The notes below the pieces were generated by a model, which made no database searches, was not told the origin of the DNA, and saw only the letters and a list, made by a program, of their open reading frames with translations. A stretch of DNA of 63,837 nucleotides, filler included, from Reclinomonas americana ATCC 50394 (taxonomy: Eukaryota), in the NCBI GenBank assembly GCA_048213135.1. It is 11 parts of 11 records of this genome, joined end to end, with 100 filler letters (N's around TTAATTAATTAA, not from the genome) between each part and the next. Parts side by side here need not be neighbours in the genome. Positions count along the whole stretch, not along the records: positions 10,684 to 29,816 come from AFZH01020354.1; positions 29,917 to 34,621 come from AFZH01020355.1; positions 34,722 to 38,053 come from AFZH01020357.1; positions 38,154 to 43,202 come from AFZH01020358.1; 7 more parts are not named here. One strand, written 5' to 3'. Shown in pieces: positions 27,681 through 40,730 of this stretch. The translations under genes and the position numbers were made by a program. Numbering within the stretch: position 1 is the first letter of the stretch; each line of letters opens with the position of its first letter.

Positions 27681-30582
27681 TTATTGGCCGTACGGCTGAT
27701 CCGCCAGGAACTATGCGTGCACACAAATTGAATAGTGAGGAGAAGAGAGGCGCGCGCACGGAGTCACAGAATTGCTTGATGACGCACCCGAGTAATCATC
27801 ACAAAGGCAGCCTGTGGCTGGTCGTGCGGCACCTGTGGTCAGGAAGAAAAAAAAGCAAGAGGCAGAGTCAGCAACGGACGCGTGATGAAAGCGAGCGACG
27901 GTTGACGCACCATGTGGCCGGCGCCCTCCACAGCCATGAATGTCAGCGGTCCGAACGTCTTGAACTGACCGGCCACCGAGCCGCCGACAGCAAACGGCTT
28001 GTACGCTGTCTTGGCAAAATCGGCGTTGCCGGACCACTGTGCGACACAACAAAACGAGTCAATAGACTGCACTCTGTGGCGAGCGAAACAGAGAGCACGC
28101 ACCTGGATGGTGTCGGCGGTGTCGCGGCCACCCTCCCAGTTGCAGATGAGGTCCAGCTTGCCTGTGTGCGACGCGCAGCGTGTCAATGTCATTAAATGAC
28201 CACAAATGGTGATCAAACTCCACCAACCGTTGTAGATCAGCACGCGCAGGTTGTTCTTCAGCGCAAAGGCCACATCGGGGCGGAATGACTCGAGGCGGTC
28301 CGACGCCTTGAACAGCATGTTGACTGTGGTGTACAGGAATGCGTGAGAGAGAGAGACCAAGAAAGCTGGCGTTAGAGGAAAGGCAAGAGAACCAACAGAC
28401 CCTCATCGTTGCAAGTAGACCAGCTGCGCTTGACGTTGAGAGCGGCCTGCACACCAGCCGAGTTCATGTACGAGGTCTGGTTCTGGAAGTCTGCGTAAAA
28501 GGACACTGCGTGAGCTGCTGAGGTAACACAACACGTCAACCGCAGCGTGCACGAAACTGTAGCACAGCGGCGGGTACGTGCACTTCTCGTGAATGTTGTA
28601 CACATTCAGGTCGCCAGCAATCTGAAAGCACAAAAGTGAGTGCGAAAAAGCAGAGAGCAAAGGGATGTGCGGGAGGACAACAACGACGACGTACGCGGCT
28701 CATGATAGTGCTGCACTCGGCATTGGCCAGATCCCACAGCTTGTCGTTGATGAGCGACTGGCAGTGGCGCGCCGTCGCGTTGAGGCGATCGGCAGTCGAC
28801 TGGTCAATCAGACCATTGTCCAGGCCGTCTGCAATGACGGTAGTCAGTAACGTGACGCACACAAACACACACGCTCGGTCAGTCACTGGACGAAACAGGG
28901 AACTGCAATGCGGGAGAGCGATGGGAGTGAGAAATCTGGAGAGCACATGCGCACGGGGGGGCGGATTGAGAACGCAACTGTAGGCGGGGTACTGGAGGTA
29001 GGGCTGCGAAGAGGAAGAAAAGTATGGTGAGTGATCTATGGGGCACCGGCGGTGGTAGCAGCTGGAGAGTGGTACGCACATCGATCCAGCCGTTGCCGAT
29101 GGCCAGACCTGTGACGATCATGAACTGTGAGTGGAATAAAAACAAGGAGGAGAATGATGAAGATGAGTTGAGCGTACCCTGCAGGTTAATGCTGATGCCA
29201 GTCTTGGCGGCGTTGCCAAAGATGATGCTGTGATTCATGGCAGATGAGCAATATTCACACATACACAGCGAGCAGTCGCAGCAATGCAAGCGCACCGCTG
29301 GCCCACAGCCGGCACGTAGTGCTGTGGACAACATTTGAGGACTTGCATGAACAGAGAGACGACAACCAGGCAAAGGACGCAACTCCAGCGTACGACTCGC
29401 CAGTGAGGTAAAACGCGCGGTTCTGGTACTCGGGGAAGAGCTGCATGAAGCCCTGCAGGAAAGTGTACATGTCTGCACACGAGAGAGCAGATTGAGTGCC
29501 GATCAACACTTTCGGGGGGGGGGAGGAAAATAACAGCACCCTGCACTCACCATCGGCGACTCCGTCTTCGTCACGCACATACTCGGAGCTCGCATAGCTG
29601 GCGTGGGAGAGCGGTCAGGGCACAGAGCCAACCAACACATACACACAGACAGAGCAGAGCGGAGCACACCTGAAACCTGCGGAAAAACAAAAGAGTCGGT
29701 GAACAACAGGCATGCAAGCGGAACAATATATAGAATAGCACCATCTCGCCCTCACCAGTGTCCACAGGCTGGTCGATGAACAGCAGGTTGGCGTTCTGCA
29801 CATGTCACACCACGCANNNNNNNNNNNNNNNNNNNNNNNNNNNNNNNNNNNNNNNNNNNNTTAATTAATTAANNNNNNNNNNNNNNNNNNNNNNNNNNNN
29901 NNNNNNNNNNNNNNNNCACACACGCACGAGTCATGATGCTGATGAAAGAAATGGCATTTTGGACAGACATGCATGTGCACCATGTTCCACGAGTTCTGGT
30001 TGAACTTGAGCGTGCCGGCGCTGTTGTCGAGCACATACGGGCCGTTCTCAAACAGCACCGCCAACTCCGATGAGCAGCCTGCGAGAAGAGAGAGGAGAAT
30101 GAGTGAGGAATATTCTCGGCCAAACACGAGCGTGAGAGAGAGAGAGAGAGAGAATGTGTGAGAGAGAGTGTGTATGTCAACGCACCAGGGCCACCCGTCA
30201 TCCACAGCACAAGCGGGTCAGTGGACGGCTTGTTGCGCGACTGGAAGAGCCAGAAGAAGAGGTTGGCATCCTTTTGGGCATTCACTTGCACGTAGCTGCG
30301 CACACACAAGACACACACACACGCGCGCGAATGAGAGTCAGTGAGCAAGCGAGCGAGAGAGTGTGTGTGAGAGCGAGAGAAAGTCGCGCGGGGGTCAATG
30401 CGAGGGTCAAACAGTCAAACGCAATGTGCGATACTCCTCATTCATGTTCTCTCTGAGCACACGCACATACATACACATACACACACAGAGAGAGAGCAAC
30501 AGACATCAAACAAGAACAACAAGAGCAAAAGTGCGTGCAGTCATGGCTCCGTTTTTCCGCACAACTCACACACACTCTCTCA

Positions 30583-30615
<33 letters not shown>

Positions 30616-30784
30616 GCACACTCCTATACTCTCTCTCTTTCTCTCTCTCACTCACTCACCCCGTGTACTGCGTCTCGGCCATTTGCGCAAGACCCGGCAA
30701 CGAAGTCACCTGGTGCTTCTCCGTGGCCGCATACGCAGTCACCGCCAACACAACCACCACTGCCACCACAAACACAAAACGCAT
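27681..30784 (-). CDS. Secreted serine carboxypeptidase (peptidase S10), spanning one assembly gap
   Basis: Signal peptide [15 protein letters not shown]; motifs WMTGGPG-CSS, DQPVDTGFSY, GESYAGHY (catalytic Ser), IGNGW, DLICNW and AGHMVP (catalytic His). Confidence 0.95.
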
Positions 30785-31522
30785 TCTCTCTCACTCACGC
30801 ACAAAAGAAAACCCAAAGTTTCCATCGACTGGCATGGAGCAGTGAAATCGCATTGGACTTGCTCATTGTTTGGTGCGTGCGCTCAACCTGCTCTCTCTCT
30901 CTCTTTCTCGCATTCTCGCTTGCATGCTCGCCTCCTGCATGCCGCGCTCTCTGCTTGTGTCTGTTTGTGCGCGCGTGTGTCTGTGTGAGAGAGAGTGAGC
31001 AAAGTGTGGGCCATTTTTTCTCCGCGCACGCGACTCTCTCTCTCTTCGTCTTCTTCTCGCATGCAATCCGTCTCTTTTGTGATGCGTTTGTTGCTCACTC
31101 CTTCTCGCATGTTGCTTGCGTCGCGTTTGCTCGTGTCTTTTGTCGCTGTTTTGTGTGAGTGTCATGGCTTGCCATGACAGACGCCTCTCTTGCATTTCAT
31201 CGCTCACTGCTCATGCACACACAGCGTGCTCTCTCAAATCGCCACTCCAACACACACACACTCGCGCGCACGCGTTTCTGTGGTGTTTTATTGTTGGCCT
31301 TTCTCCTCCTTTTTGCCAAGCAAGTAAGCAACCACGGCGTCGTCTGCAAAGGAGCCGTCGTCTTCTTCCTCGTCGTCGGTGTTCCCTTTTACCAGCACTC
31401 TGCGACACAAGCCGCGAGTGCCATCCACACTTTCGCGTCGGAGCAACACAAAACCCACTGCTCATCCCGTTCCTCCTGCGCCTCCCGTTCCGCAGCCTCA
31501 GCTATCTGTTTTGAGAGTTAGC

Positions 31523-34299
31523 ATGCTGGCATCCATGTCGACCACGTCGTCGCTGGCTGGTGGCTCTGGTGGTGGTGCTGCTGCGGCGGCCAATGGAGGC
31601 AACGGCGTGTTGACGATTGGATCGCGTGCGGGCCAGAGTCTGGAGGATATGTGCCAGCGGCTGGCGCAGGATGATGCGTCGGCGCGTGAGGTCAATCTGT
31701 CGGGGCAGGGCTTGTCGGCGCGTCTCGTGTCGCAGGTGCTGTCGGCGCTCGAGCGCAATACGCATGTGCATACGGTGAAGCTGCGCCATAACAAGTTGGG
31801 CGAGGCCGGAGCAGCGTTGCGTCGTGTTGTTGTGCGATCCTGGTTGGAGACTATTGTGTGCTGACTCTTGGTTTGTGTGCTTGCAGTGCGCTGGCCGAGT
31901 GCCTGAAGCGCAATCGCAGTCTGCGCGTGGTGGATGCCGGATGCGCGGAGATTGGCGATGTCGGGTGCATTTCCATTGCCCAGGCGCTGCTGACCAATGT
32001 TGCGCACCTCTCTGCAATCGCCTCTCACAATAATGACTCATCGTGGCATTCTGGTTGACAGGAGACGGTCACCAGCCTGAACCTCATGTGCAACAACATC
32101 TCCGACGCGGGCGCCAAGGATCTGGGCGTCATGCTCATGAGCAACACCAAGCTGGAGAAGTTGCTGCTGACGCAAAACAAGATTGGACCGTCGGGTGCTG
32201 GCCCGCTGTTTTTCGGCGTGTCATCGCACAAGCGCTTGTCGGTACTCGGTTTGTCGTACAACCAGCTCGGGGACATTGGTGCACGGCTCGCCGCCGATTG
32301 CATCTCCAAGGTACTGGCGACCTACTTCTTCATCGTCTCCTTGCGTTGTTGGTCCTCATCTCTCGTGTATGCACGCGCAGAACATGATTCTGGAGGCGCT
32401 CTACTTGACCGGCAACAACATTGGCTTGGACGGCGCATTTGCACTGGCCGAGGGCCTGCACACGAATCGCTCTCTCAAGTGCCTCGATTTGCGCTCGAAC
32501 AAGATCAACGACGACGGCGCGAACAGGCTGGTGGAGGCCGTGCGTGACGTGATGGCCGACTCGACGCACGTGTCACCACTGTACCAGGTGCTGTTGCAAG
32601 CGAATCCGGTGAGCCAGGGTGTGCTCGACACTCTGCAGCTGCAGTTGCCGGAGGAGCCGCGAGATGTGCGCCTGGTGCCGCCGTCGCCACTGTCGGATAT
32701 GGACGGCAACGGAGCGGGTGTGTTTGCACCGATTGGATCGGCGGCTTCACGAAGCGACGAGCTCCGCCTGTCCGTGCTCGATCTCACCGCCCAATCGAGT
32801 TGCGTGACTATTTTGGTGTGCGTGTTGTTGTTGCTGTTAATCTGACTTCCCTTTCTTGCATCAACAACAGAGGGACCGGTGCAGAATGCGGCGCGATCGC
32901 CTCTGAGTGCCATCAGTGGCAATGCGGGTGCATTGTCGCTGCGACCGGGTGATCTGGAGAGGGAAGTCGAGCGGCTGCGTGCCGAGCTGGTGGAGGCCGA
33001 GAAGCGGCGAAAGGAGGATATGGCGCGTCAGGCCGAGAAGCATGCGCAGGCCGTTGCCGAGTTGCGTTGCCCTTTGTTGTTTCCGGATAAATAATAGTCG
33101 TGTCCTCCCTCCTCACACCATGCGCAGCCTTGAGCGACGACATGAGAACACGATTGAGGAGTTGCGCCGGCTCCACCGAGAACAATTGCAGCAAATGAAG
33201 AACGACACACAGCGCGCCGTGGCACAGTATCGTTGCGTTGCGACCGGGAACTGCTCCCTCCCTCCCCCCTCAATTGTCTGACGATCGTTTCGATCCTCCA
33301 CAGCTGGCTTCTTGCAAGGATTCCTCGGCGACGCGATGAAGGCTGCGCAGCTGCACCACTTGTCGGCCTCGAACGGCGGCGATGTGTCGGCGGCGAGCGC
33401 CTCGCCTCGATCGGACGGTGGTGGCGAGTCGGCTGCTCCCCCACCCATTACAGGAGCCGCGTTGCCTCCACTGGTCGGTCTGCCGCCAGTGGCGCGCGAA
33501 GCGGATCACACACTGTTGCAGGCGCTTCGTGCCAGAAGTATCATGCACCAGTTGCGCCGATTACTCCTTTGGCTCTCCACCTTTTTTTGCCGCAACTCGG
33601 TTCTCACGCTTCCCACTCACATCGCAGGACGGCACCAGTTGATGGTCCCGCACAAGCGCTGCCACCATCACTCACGCTTATCGCCCCGAGTGTAACCGAC
33701 AAGGCGGTCGACATCCCCATGGGTCTCGAGGGCGGTCACCTGTCGGTTTCGGAACTCAGCATTCCGCTGGACCACGCCGCGTTCCCTCGACGCGTTTCGG
33801 TCCTGGATGCTCCCGCCGCTGTCAAGCAGGCAATTTTGTCGTACCAGCCGCAGCAACACGGGCATAGCCACTTTACGTTGTCCGAGCTCGCCGCCCATGC
33901 CGTCACCTCGCACAAGTAGTTTCGTCATTATCACACGAGTGGTGCAGAAAATGTGCAGGTTGCTAATCATCTGTGTGCACCACCAGTTCACCGCAGCGTG
34001 GCAGCGTGGTGCCAAACATCTTGGCCAGCCTCTCTGGTCGCTCACCACTGAGAGCGGGAGGAAGCCCACCGCCGCCGACCGTGGTCGGTGCTGGCGAGCG
34101 CGAAGTGTTTGGACTGGACGAGTTGGCCGACGCACCGATGACCGTGGAGTGCATCATGGGCTCGGAGCGCCGTGAGATGCGCATTCGCAAGAACGCCACC
34201 TTTGAGGAGATCCGATACGCTGTGCGAGCACACTTTGGCAACCAGGTCGACATGGTGGACATGCAGCGGAGAGCGGATGGCTCAGTTGCGTTGCGATGA
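31523..34299 (+). CDS. RI-like (NLRC3-type) leucine-rich repeat protein with coiled-coil; possible PB1/ubiquitin-like C-terminus; 3' end uncertain
   Basis: Repeats LNLMCNNISDAGAKDL, LLLTQNKIGPSGA, LGLSYNQLGDIGA, LYLTGNNIGLDGA and LDLRSNKINDDGA. Confidence 0.85.
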
Positions 34300-34723
34300 T
34301 AGGAACAAAGACACGAGGAAAAAACTCACATGCGTTTGTCACAGACCGTGTTGCACCTGGAGCCGGCTCACTGAGCGTCGACTGGCGACGAAGGCGCAGC
34401 GCGAAACTCTCTTTCTTCCTTTTTTGATTTTTCGGAGGTGAGGTGTGACAAAACGAAAGAGGAGTCATCTACGTAAGTGTACAACAAGCATCGATGGTGT
34501 CCAAGGAAGCCGACGATGCGCTGTTTGACTTGTACGCCGATGCCTCAGCGCCTGTCACGCGCACTCCCACACAGGTCTTGTAATAAGGAAAAAAAAGACT
34601 GATGGCCACTTGACACTTCCCNNNNNNNNNNNNNNNNNNNNNNNNNNNNNNNNNNNNNNNNNNNNTTAATTAATTAANNNNNNNNNNNNNNNNNNNNNNN
34701 NNNNNNNNNNNNNNNNNNNNNCT

Positions 34724-37700
34724 GGTCCGTAGATCTGCAGCATTGTCAACTGTCAAAATGCATTGTGGAGACGTACGACTAAGAGCAGCAGCACACACTC
34801 ACTTCCTCGCGGATGCGGAGCGACTCGCTGAAACACCGCTCCGCCGCCTGATGCTGTCCCATTTCGCGATGAAGCCAACCCAAGTCACTAATGGCATTGG
34901 CGTACGCCGTCGAGTGCTGGCCCACCGAGCGTCGACACACTTCTAGTGCCCGATTGAAACTCTGTGTGGCACGTGCCGTCAACCGAGTGAGCACCAGCGA
35001 CAGCGACGCGACTGCACTCGCTGACACCACACCTCCACAGCCTGATGCTTGCGACCGACAGTGCGCTGTGCCGTGCCAAGAGTGGAGTACGCCGTCGCTG
35101 TTTCCGGATTTTGCAGGCCTGTATTTGTCGACATAGTTCAGCGCAACAGCGCAGACCCACACTTTTTGTGAAAACAATGAGCGCACCAAAGCATCGCACT
35201 CGGTCGTGGAGAACATCTTCGGCCACACGCAGAGCCTCCTCCTGCAAGCGAGACAAGTAAGTGAAGGTATGTGGTGTCGGTCAACAGTCCAGCCATTGTA
35301 CCTTTGCTCCGTCGGTGAACCGGAAGCGCAGGATGCGAACGAGCACACTGCGGTCGCGGAGCATGAGGGGCGTCCGACCAAATCCACAAGCCTCCAACAC
35401 CGCCATGGCTCGACGACACAGACTCTCGGCTTCCGCATACTGCTCTCGAACGAGCATGACAGTGGAAACCAGCGGCAGCAAGTCGCCACCAAAAGCAGCG
35501 TCAAACTCCGACCTCGACGAGAAGCGCTGTGACACAGTGGTGAGCAACACCACGAACGCTTTTTTTGTGCAGTCGGCAAGAATGGTACCTGCTCCCACAA
35601 GTCGACTGCGCGCCGCAGGGTCGGCAGTCTGCAGTCTTCGCTTTTCTGCAAACCGGCAACGACATAAGCCACAACCCGCGAGTGTGTTGATTGATGGGTG
35701 GCGACGACTCACAATCATCGTCTGCAACAAGTTGCGGAAAGCCACAAGAATCAGCGTCTGAGCCGTCTCAGCGTCCGTACACTCGGCTGGCAACTGCAAC
35801 CCAGCATCGTCGTTGTCGACAAGACCAACGGCTGTCAACTGCATGTCGATAACAGCCACCAACACGCGCGCCTCGTCCGCAGAGCGACAGGCAATGATGC
35901 TGCACGGAGAAGAAGGAAACGAGTGAGCATGTGCTTGTGTGCACAGTGTGTGAACGTAATCACGCACCCCGATGGCACCGCCTTCATGAGCAACCGCAGA
36001 GCGGATTTCGACGCCAGGTGCCTCGCACTGGTCGTCATGCGCCGCATGTAGTGCTCAAGGAAACGAATGACGATCGAGTGAACGGTGCTTGCGTCGTGCA
36101 CAGCCGACACAAAATCGAGCACTTCACGATTAACAGCGGCCCAGTCGGCGGCCTGCAAAAAATACAAACGTCTGCTCATCAGTACATGCGCGCCCGGCGA
36201 CCGCTTATGTATGCAGATACACGCAACAATGCTGCACATCAGTGACAGCAGTGCCAGTGAGTCGTTGTCGTCGGCTGCCGAGCAGAGGAGGTCGCGCACT
36301 TGCCGAGGCATGCAGAACACGGGGAACACGTTGCGGAAACCCTGCACGCATGCAGTAGGGTGAGCGACATGACGACAGATGCTGGATTACGCGTATTGCG
36401 TGTGCAAACCATGTATTGCGTAAGCTCGGCGTGGCGCGACTCGCAGGTCAGTGACGCGGACTGACGCAAGGCGTTTGCCGGTGACCCGCGTGCCGCGGCG
36501 GCGTCAAAGAGAGCCACCGTGTCGACCACTGGACAGCGCGATTGACCGCGGTACTCGACCAGATTCTGCGAGCTATTGAGAAAAGGCAGCACTGCAAAGG
36601 AGGCGACTTGGGAATTTACCTGTTCGGCCAGAGCAAAGAGCACTCGTTCAATGTCGCCCGCCATGACGGTACTGACAACACTGTCGGCCTCCTGCTCTTG
36701 CACACGCGTGGCATGCTCGGCAAGCGCACACAACATGCCCGGAGTGACATTGTACTCGACGGGAAAGCCGGCAAGTGCGGTCAGCACAGCACGCTCCACA
36801 GAGCCCGCCTCGAACGACTCGAGCGCCAAGTGGTACAGTGTGGAACCGGCGGCAGCGGAGGAGGAGCCTGCCACAACAACGCAGTGAGACACACGTCTAG
36901 TGATAAAACAAGAAGCAATGAGGAGGCACCTGCAGAAGCAGAGCTGAGTGACGGCTGACTCAGCAACTGCTCCACCACGCTGTCGACCGAGCGAATCGGC
37001 CGGCTGAGTGCAGAGCACAGAAAGCTGCTCACTCACAACAGTCAGTACGCGAATGGCACAATCACTTTAGCTGCACCGCACGACCAAACCTGGCCGCCGC
37101 TCGCAGCTCCACAGGCATGCGCTGACACGCAGTGGCGACGGCGTTCGCTTTCGGCGCAATCGCCTCTCCGCAGATATCAACGAGGAACTCGGCCGCCGAG
37201 GCCGCGTCCAGTGCGCCCAACGCGATCTCTCGTACACTGTCACGTGGCACCTGCATCAGCAACTGGCTGCACACTGTCGGGTCGCGCGTTGTCATGAGCA
37301 GCACAGGCGGCGTCAAGGCTGTCAGCGCACAGTCAGTCGACAGCCAGCACTGGGCAGAAAGCGTAGTAAACCAACGTACCTCGTCCACCAGCGCGCCGTC
37401 GCGATGGAAGCAGCTCACACACGGCCTCCACACTTGATGACTGCACATTCTCGAGCAGCAGCACTCGTCGCGACTCACTATAGAGATCGCACGCAGTCAA
37501 CAGAAGGAATCGGCACATACACACACACACGACAAGGGTCGCGCAACAGTGACGGCGCAAACAGCAGCCGATGGTACGCTCGCACACTGACATCGGCATT
37601 CGACTCCTGCGGTACCCACTCGGGATCCACACTCGACACGGCACGATTCATGACTGCCACCTGCGCATCGTCGTCGGGTAATCAGCAAAAACGCCAAGTG

Positions 37701-38053
37701 AAGGCCACCCAACAACACAGAGAAGTCGACGAACCGCGCTGGCCTTGTCCACCACCGTGCTCACATCCAACAGCAGCTGGTGGCCCATCATGCCCTCCTC
37801 GAGTTCCAGCCGGCCGCTCAACGCCGAGCAGAATGCCGACTTGCCGACGCCAGCGAGACCAGTGACAACGACCACGGGACATGCGTCGCCTGCATCACAC
37901 AGTGAGGGACACGAAAAAGCGTGACGGGTTGCTTTCTTCACCCCAACAGCACCTGACAGGCGCAAAATGTGCTGCACTGCAGTCGTGAGCTCCTCTTCGC
38001 GTCCCTTGAAGTGTGCCGGCGGTTCTGCAATCAACCGGGCCGGCAATTCCTCA
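34724..38053 (-). CDS. STAND (NB-ARC/NACHT-like) P-loop NTPase with C-terminal TPR repeats; both ends truncated by gaps
   Basis: FKGREEEL, Walker A VVVTGLAGVGKS, Walker B-like RRVLLLENV, and TPR YANAISDLGWLHREMGQHQAAERCFSESLRIREE. Confidence 0.75.
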
Positions 38054-38247
38054 NNNNNNNNNNNNNNNNNNNNNNNNNNNNNNNNNNNNNNNNNNNNTTA
38101 ATTAATTAANNNNNNNNNNNNNNNNNNNNNNNNNNNNNNNNNNNNNNNNNNNNGCTAGTGGTGCCGGTGAGGCATCCGCCGCCCTCATGAGCGCCAGTGA
38201 ACGCCGGCGTCCTGTAATACATTCGTTTGTGTAGTGTTGTGTGTGAC

Positions 38248-40646
38248 ATGCGTGTGGTGTGGAGAGTGCGACAGCGAGTGGCGTTGTTGGTGCTGCTGGC
38301 GGTGTGTGGCACGGTGGCGCTGGTGTATCGGAGTCACCAGCACAGCGGCAATGCAGCTGCGAGTGAGAGAGTGGCAGTGGGCGCGCGATCGCTGTTAAAC
38401 ACTGGTATGTATGCGCGCGCGTGTGCGCGCACGTGTGTGTGTTGTCCGCATTCATGCTCAGGTGCGTGTGTTGTGTGTGTGGTGGTACGTAGGCTGTGAA
38501 GAGGAATCGCACCCGTCGCCCGACCAGCCCATTTTCTGGATCTATGTGTGCCTGTGCATTGCGCTGGTGCTGGTTGCGGGATTGATGAGTGGTCTCACTC
38601 TCGGTCTCCTCTCGCTCGATCTGCGTGAGCTGGAGGTGCGGGCGGTAGTTGAAGAAAATGCACCACACACACTCTCTCTCTCTCTCTCTAAAGCCTCTCT
38701 TTTCCAGATGCTGAAACGAGTGGGAACGGCCGACGAGCGAAAGCACGCCAATCGTATCTTCCCGGTGGTGAAGCGACACCACTGGCTCCTCGTCACTCTG
38801 CTGCTGTGCAATGCCTGTGCCATGGAGGCGCTGCCGATCTTCCTCGATCGCCTGTTGTCGCCCGAGCTGGCCATTGTCATTTCGGTGACAGCGGTGTTGT
38901 TCTTTGGTGAGATCATTCCGCAGGCGCTGTGTTCACGCTACGGACTGGCGATTGGCTCGCGTCTGGCGTGGATGGTGCTCGGCCTCATGTGGGTCTGCTC
39001 ACCGATTGCGTACCCGATTGGCAAGCTGCTAGATTGCTTGCTCGGCCACTCCGATGTCACTTTCTTCCGGTACACAACTCACTTGTGCGCTGCGCATGCA
39101 TTCTTTGCTCACCCATTTTGCGTGCAGTCGGCCGCAGCTAAAGGAGTTCATCAGCATGCACTCCAACGTGGAGAATGGCGAAGGACCGCTCACGAAGGAC
39201 GAGGTGACGATCATGCGCGGCGCGCTGGACATGCGAGAGAAGACCGTGCAGGATTCCATGACGCCGGTGTGTCTCTGTCTCATCGTTGTGTGCGTTCATG
39301 AGTGGCTTACCACTTTCGACGGTAGATCGAGCACGTCTACATGTTATCGTACGATCGTGTGTTCGACGCGGAGGTGTGCCGTCGTCGTCGTTGTCGCCAA
39401 AAGGTGTGACCCTCGTCGCTCACGTCGTCCTTGGTGCAGATGCTGCGTGAAATCAAGCAGCACGGACACAGTCGAGTGCCCGTGTATCGCGGCAATCGCA
39501 CACATGTGGTCGGCGTTTTGCTGGTACGTCGAGCCAGGGGCGGTTGCACGACTACGCGACGCAATTCCCCCTAACGTGGACCTACAGACCAAGACGTTGG
39601 TGGGTGTGGATCCCGACGACGCGATTCCGCTGGCCCGCTGCGAGCTGCGCGAGCCGGTGTTTGTGGCCGCCTCCATGCCTCTGTTTGAGGTGCTGGACAT
39701 TATGCAGACGGGCCGTGCGCATTTGGTGCTTGTCGTCAAGGGCACTGATTATCGCCCTCGCGCGGCGTTGCCGGTGGTGAGTCGTCGTGTCGTGATGTGT
39801 CGCTGAATGCCCCTGCTTAGCGACGAACATTGTCTTTTCGCTTGGCGCAGGGTGCCTCAGCGTCGGCAGAGCCCGAGAAAAAGGCAGACAAGGAGAGAGT
39901 CAAGGACGCGCCTGTGGTCGGCTCGCTGTCGCCCGTGAAGCGCACCAGCAGCGACATTCACTCGGCCGAAGCCAACACCATTATCGGGATCATCACTCTG
40001 GAGGACATTGTGGAAGGTGGCGTTGCTAGTTTTTTTTTTTTTTGATAGCGATTGTTGTTGAGTGCTCACTGTGTTGTTGTGCAGAACTCATTGGCGAAGA
40101 AATCGAGGACGAATTCGACGAGGTTCCGCAGAGTGTCCTGCTGACGAGTGGTTCATCCAGCGGCGGCGGCGTCGGTGGTGCCGCTGTGCGTCTGTCGGCG
40201 CTGCACACACGACCTCGGTCCAGCAGTCGTTGCGTTCAATTTTTTTGTGTTGCCCGCCACTCCCGTGTTCGCCGTGGAGAGCTGACAGCAACTTGTGAAC
40301 AGAGCACCGAAACTCGGGACAGCGCAGCTTCTCGTCTGAGCGGCGTCGCGTCGATACCTTGGGAGTTGCGTCGTCTCGTGCAGTCGGCTGACTTTCCTGA
40401 ATGCTCAACATAATCTCCCGTCCATCGTAGGCGGCGTCGTCAAACGCCTCCGCGGACAGTGAGAGCGGTGACGGCAGCAAACCGCACCCCCATCCGACGC
40501 ATCGCACCTTTGCGAGTGTACCAATGACGACAACCACGACCACAACGTCCGCCACCACTGCTGCCGCCGACTCAGCTGCGGGTGCACGTCGGAAACCCGT
40601 CGACGAAGTCAACCTGTTGGACGGTCACAGTCGGAGCAGCGACTGA
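38248..40646 (+). CDS. CNNM/DUF21 + CBS-pair metal (Mg2+) transporter-like protein
   Basis: Motifs LVAGLMSGLTLGLLSLD, HWLLVTLLLCNACAMEALPIFLD, FGEIIPQALCSRYGL, GHSRVPVY and GIITLEDIVEELIGEEIEDE. Confidence 0.95.
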
Positions 40647-40730
40647 TTCGTGAGCAACAATGAAATCTGCAATTCCTTCCTTCACCGTTACAATTAAACA
40701 TTATTAAGGCTTGCCAGCATGCGAGACTCG

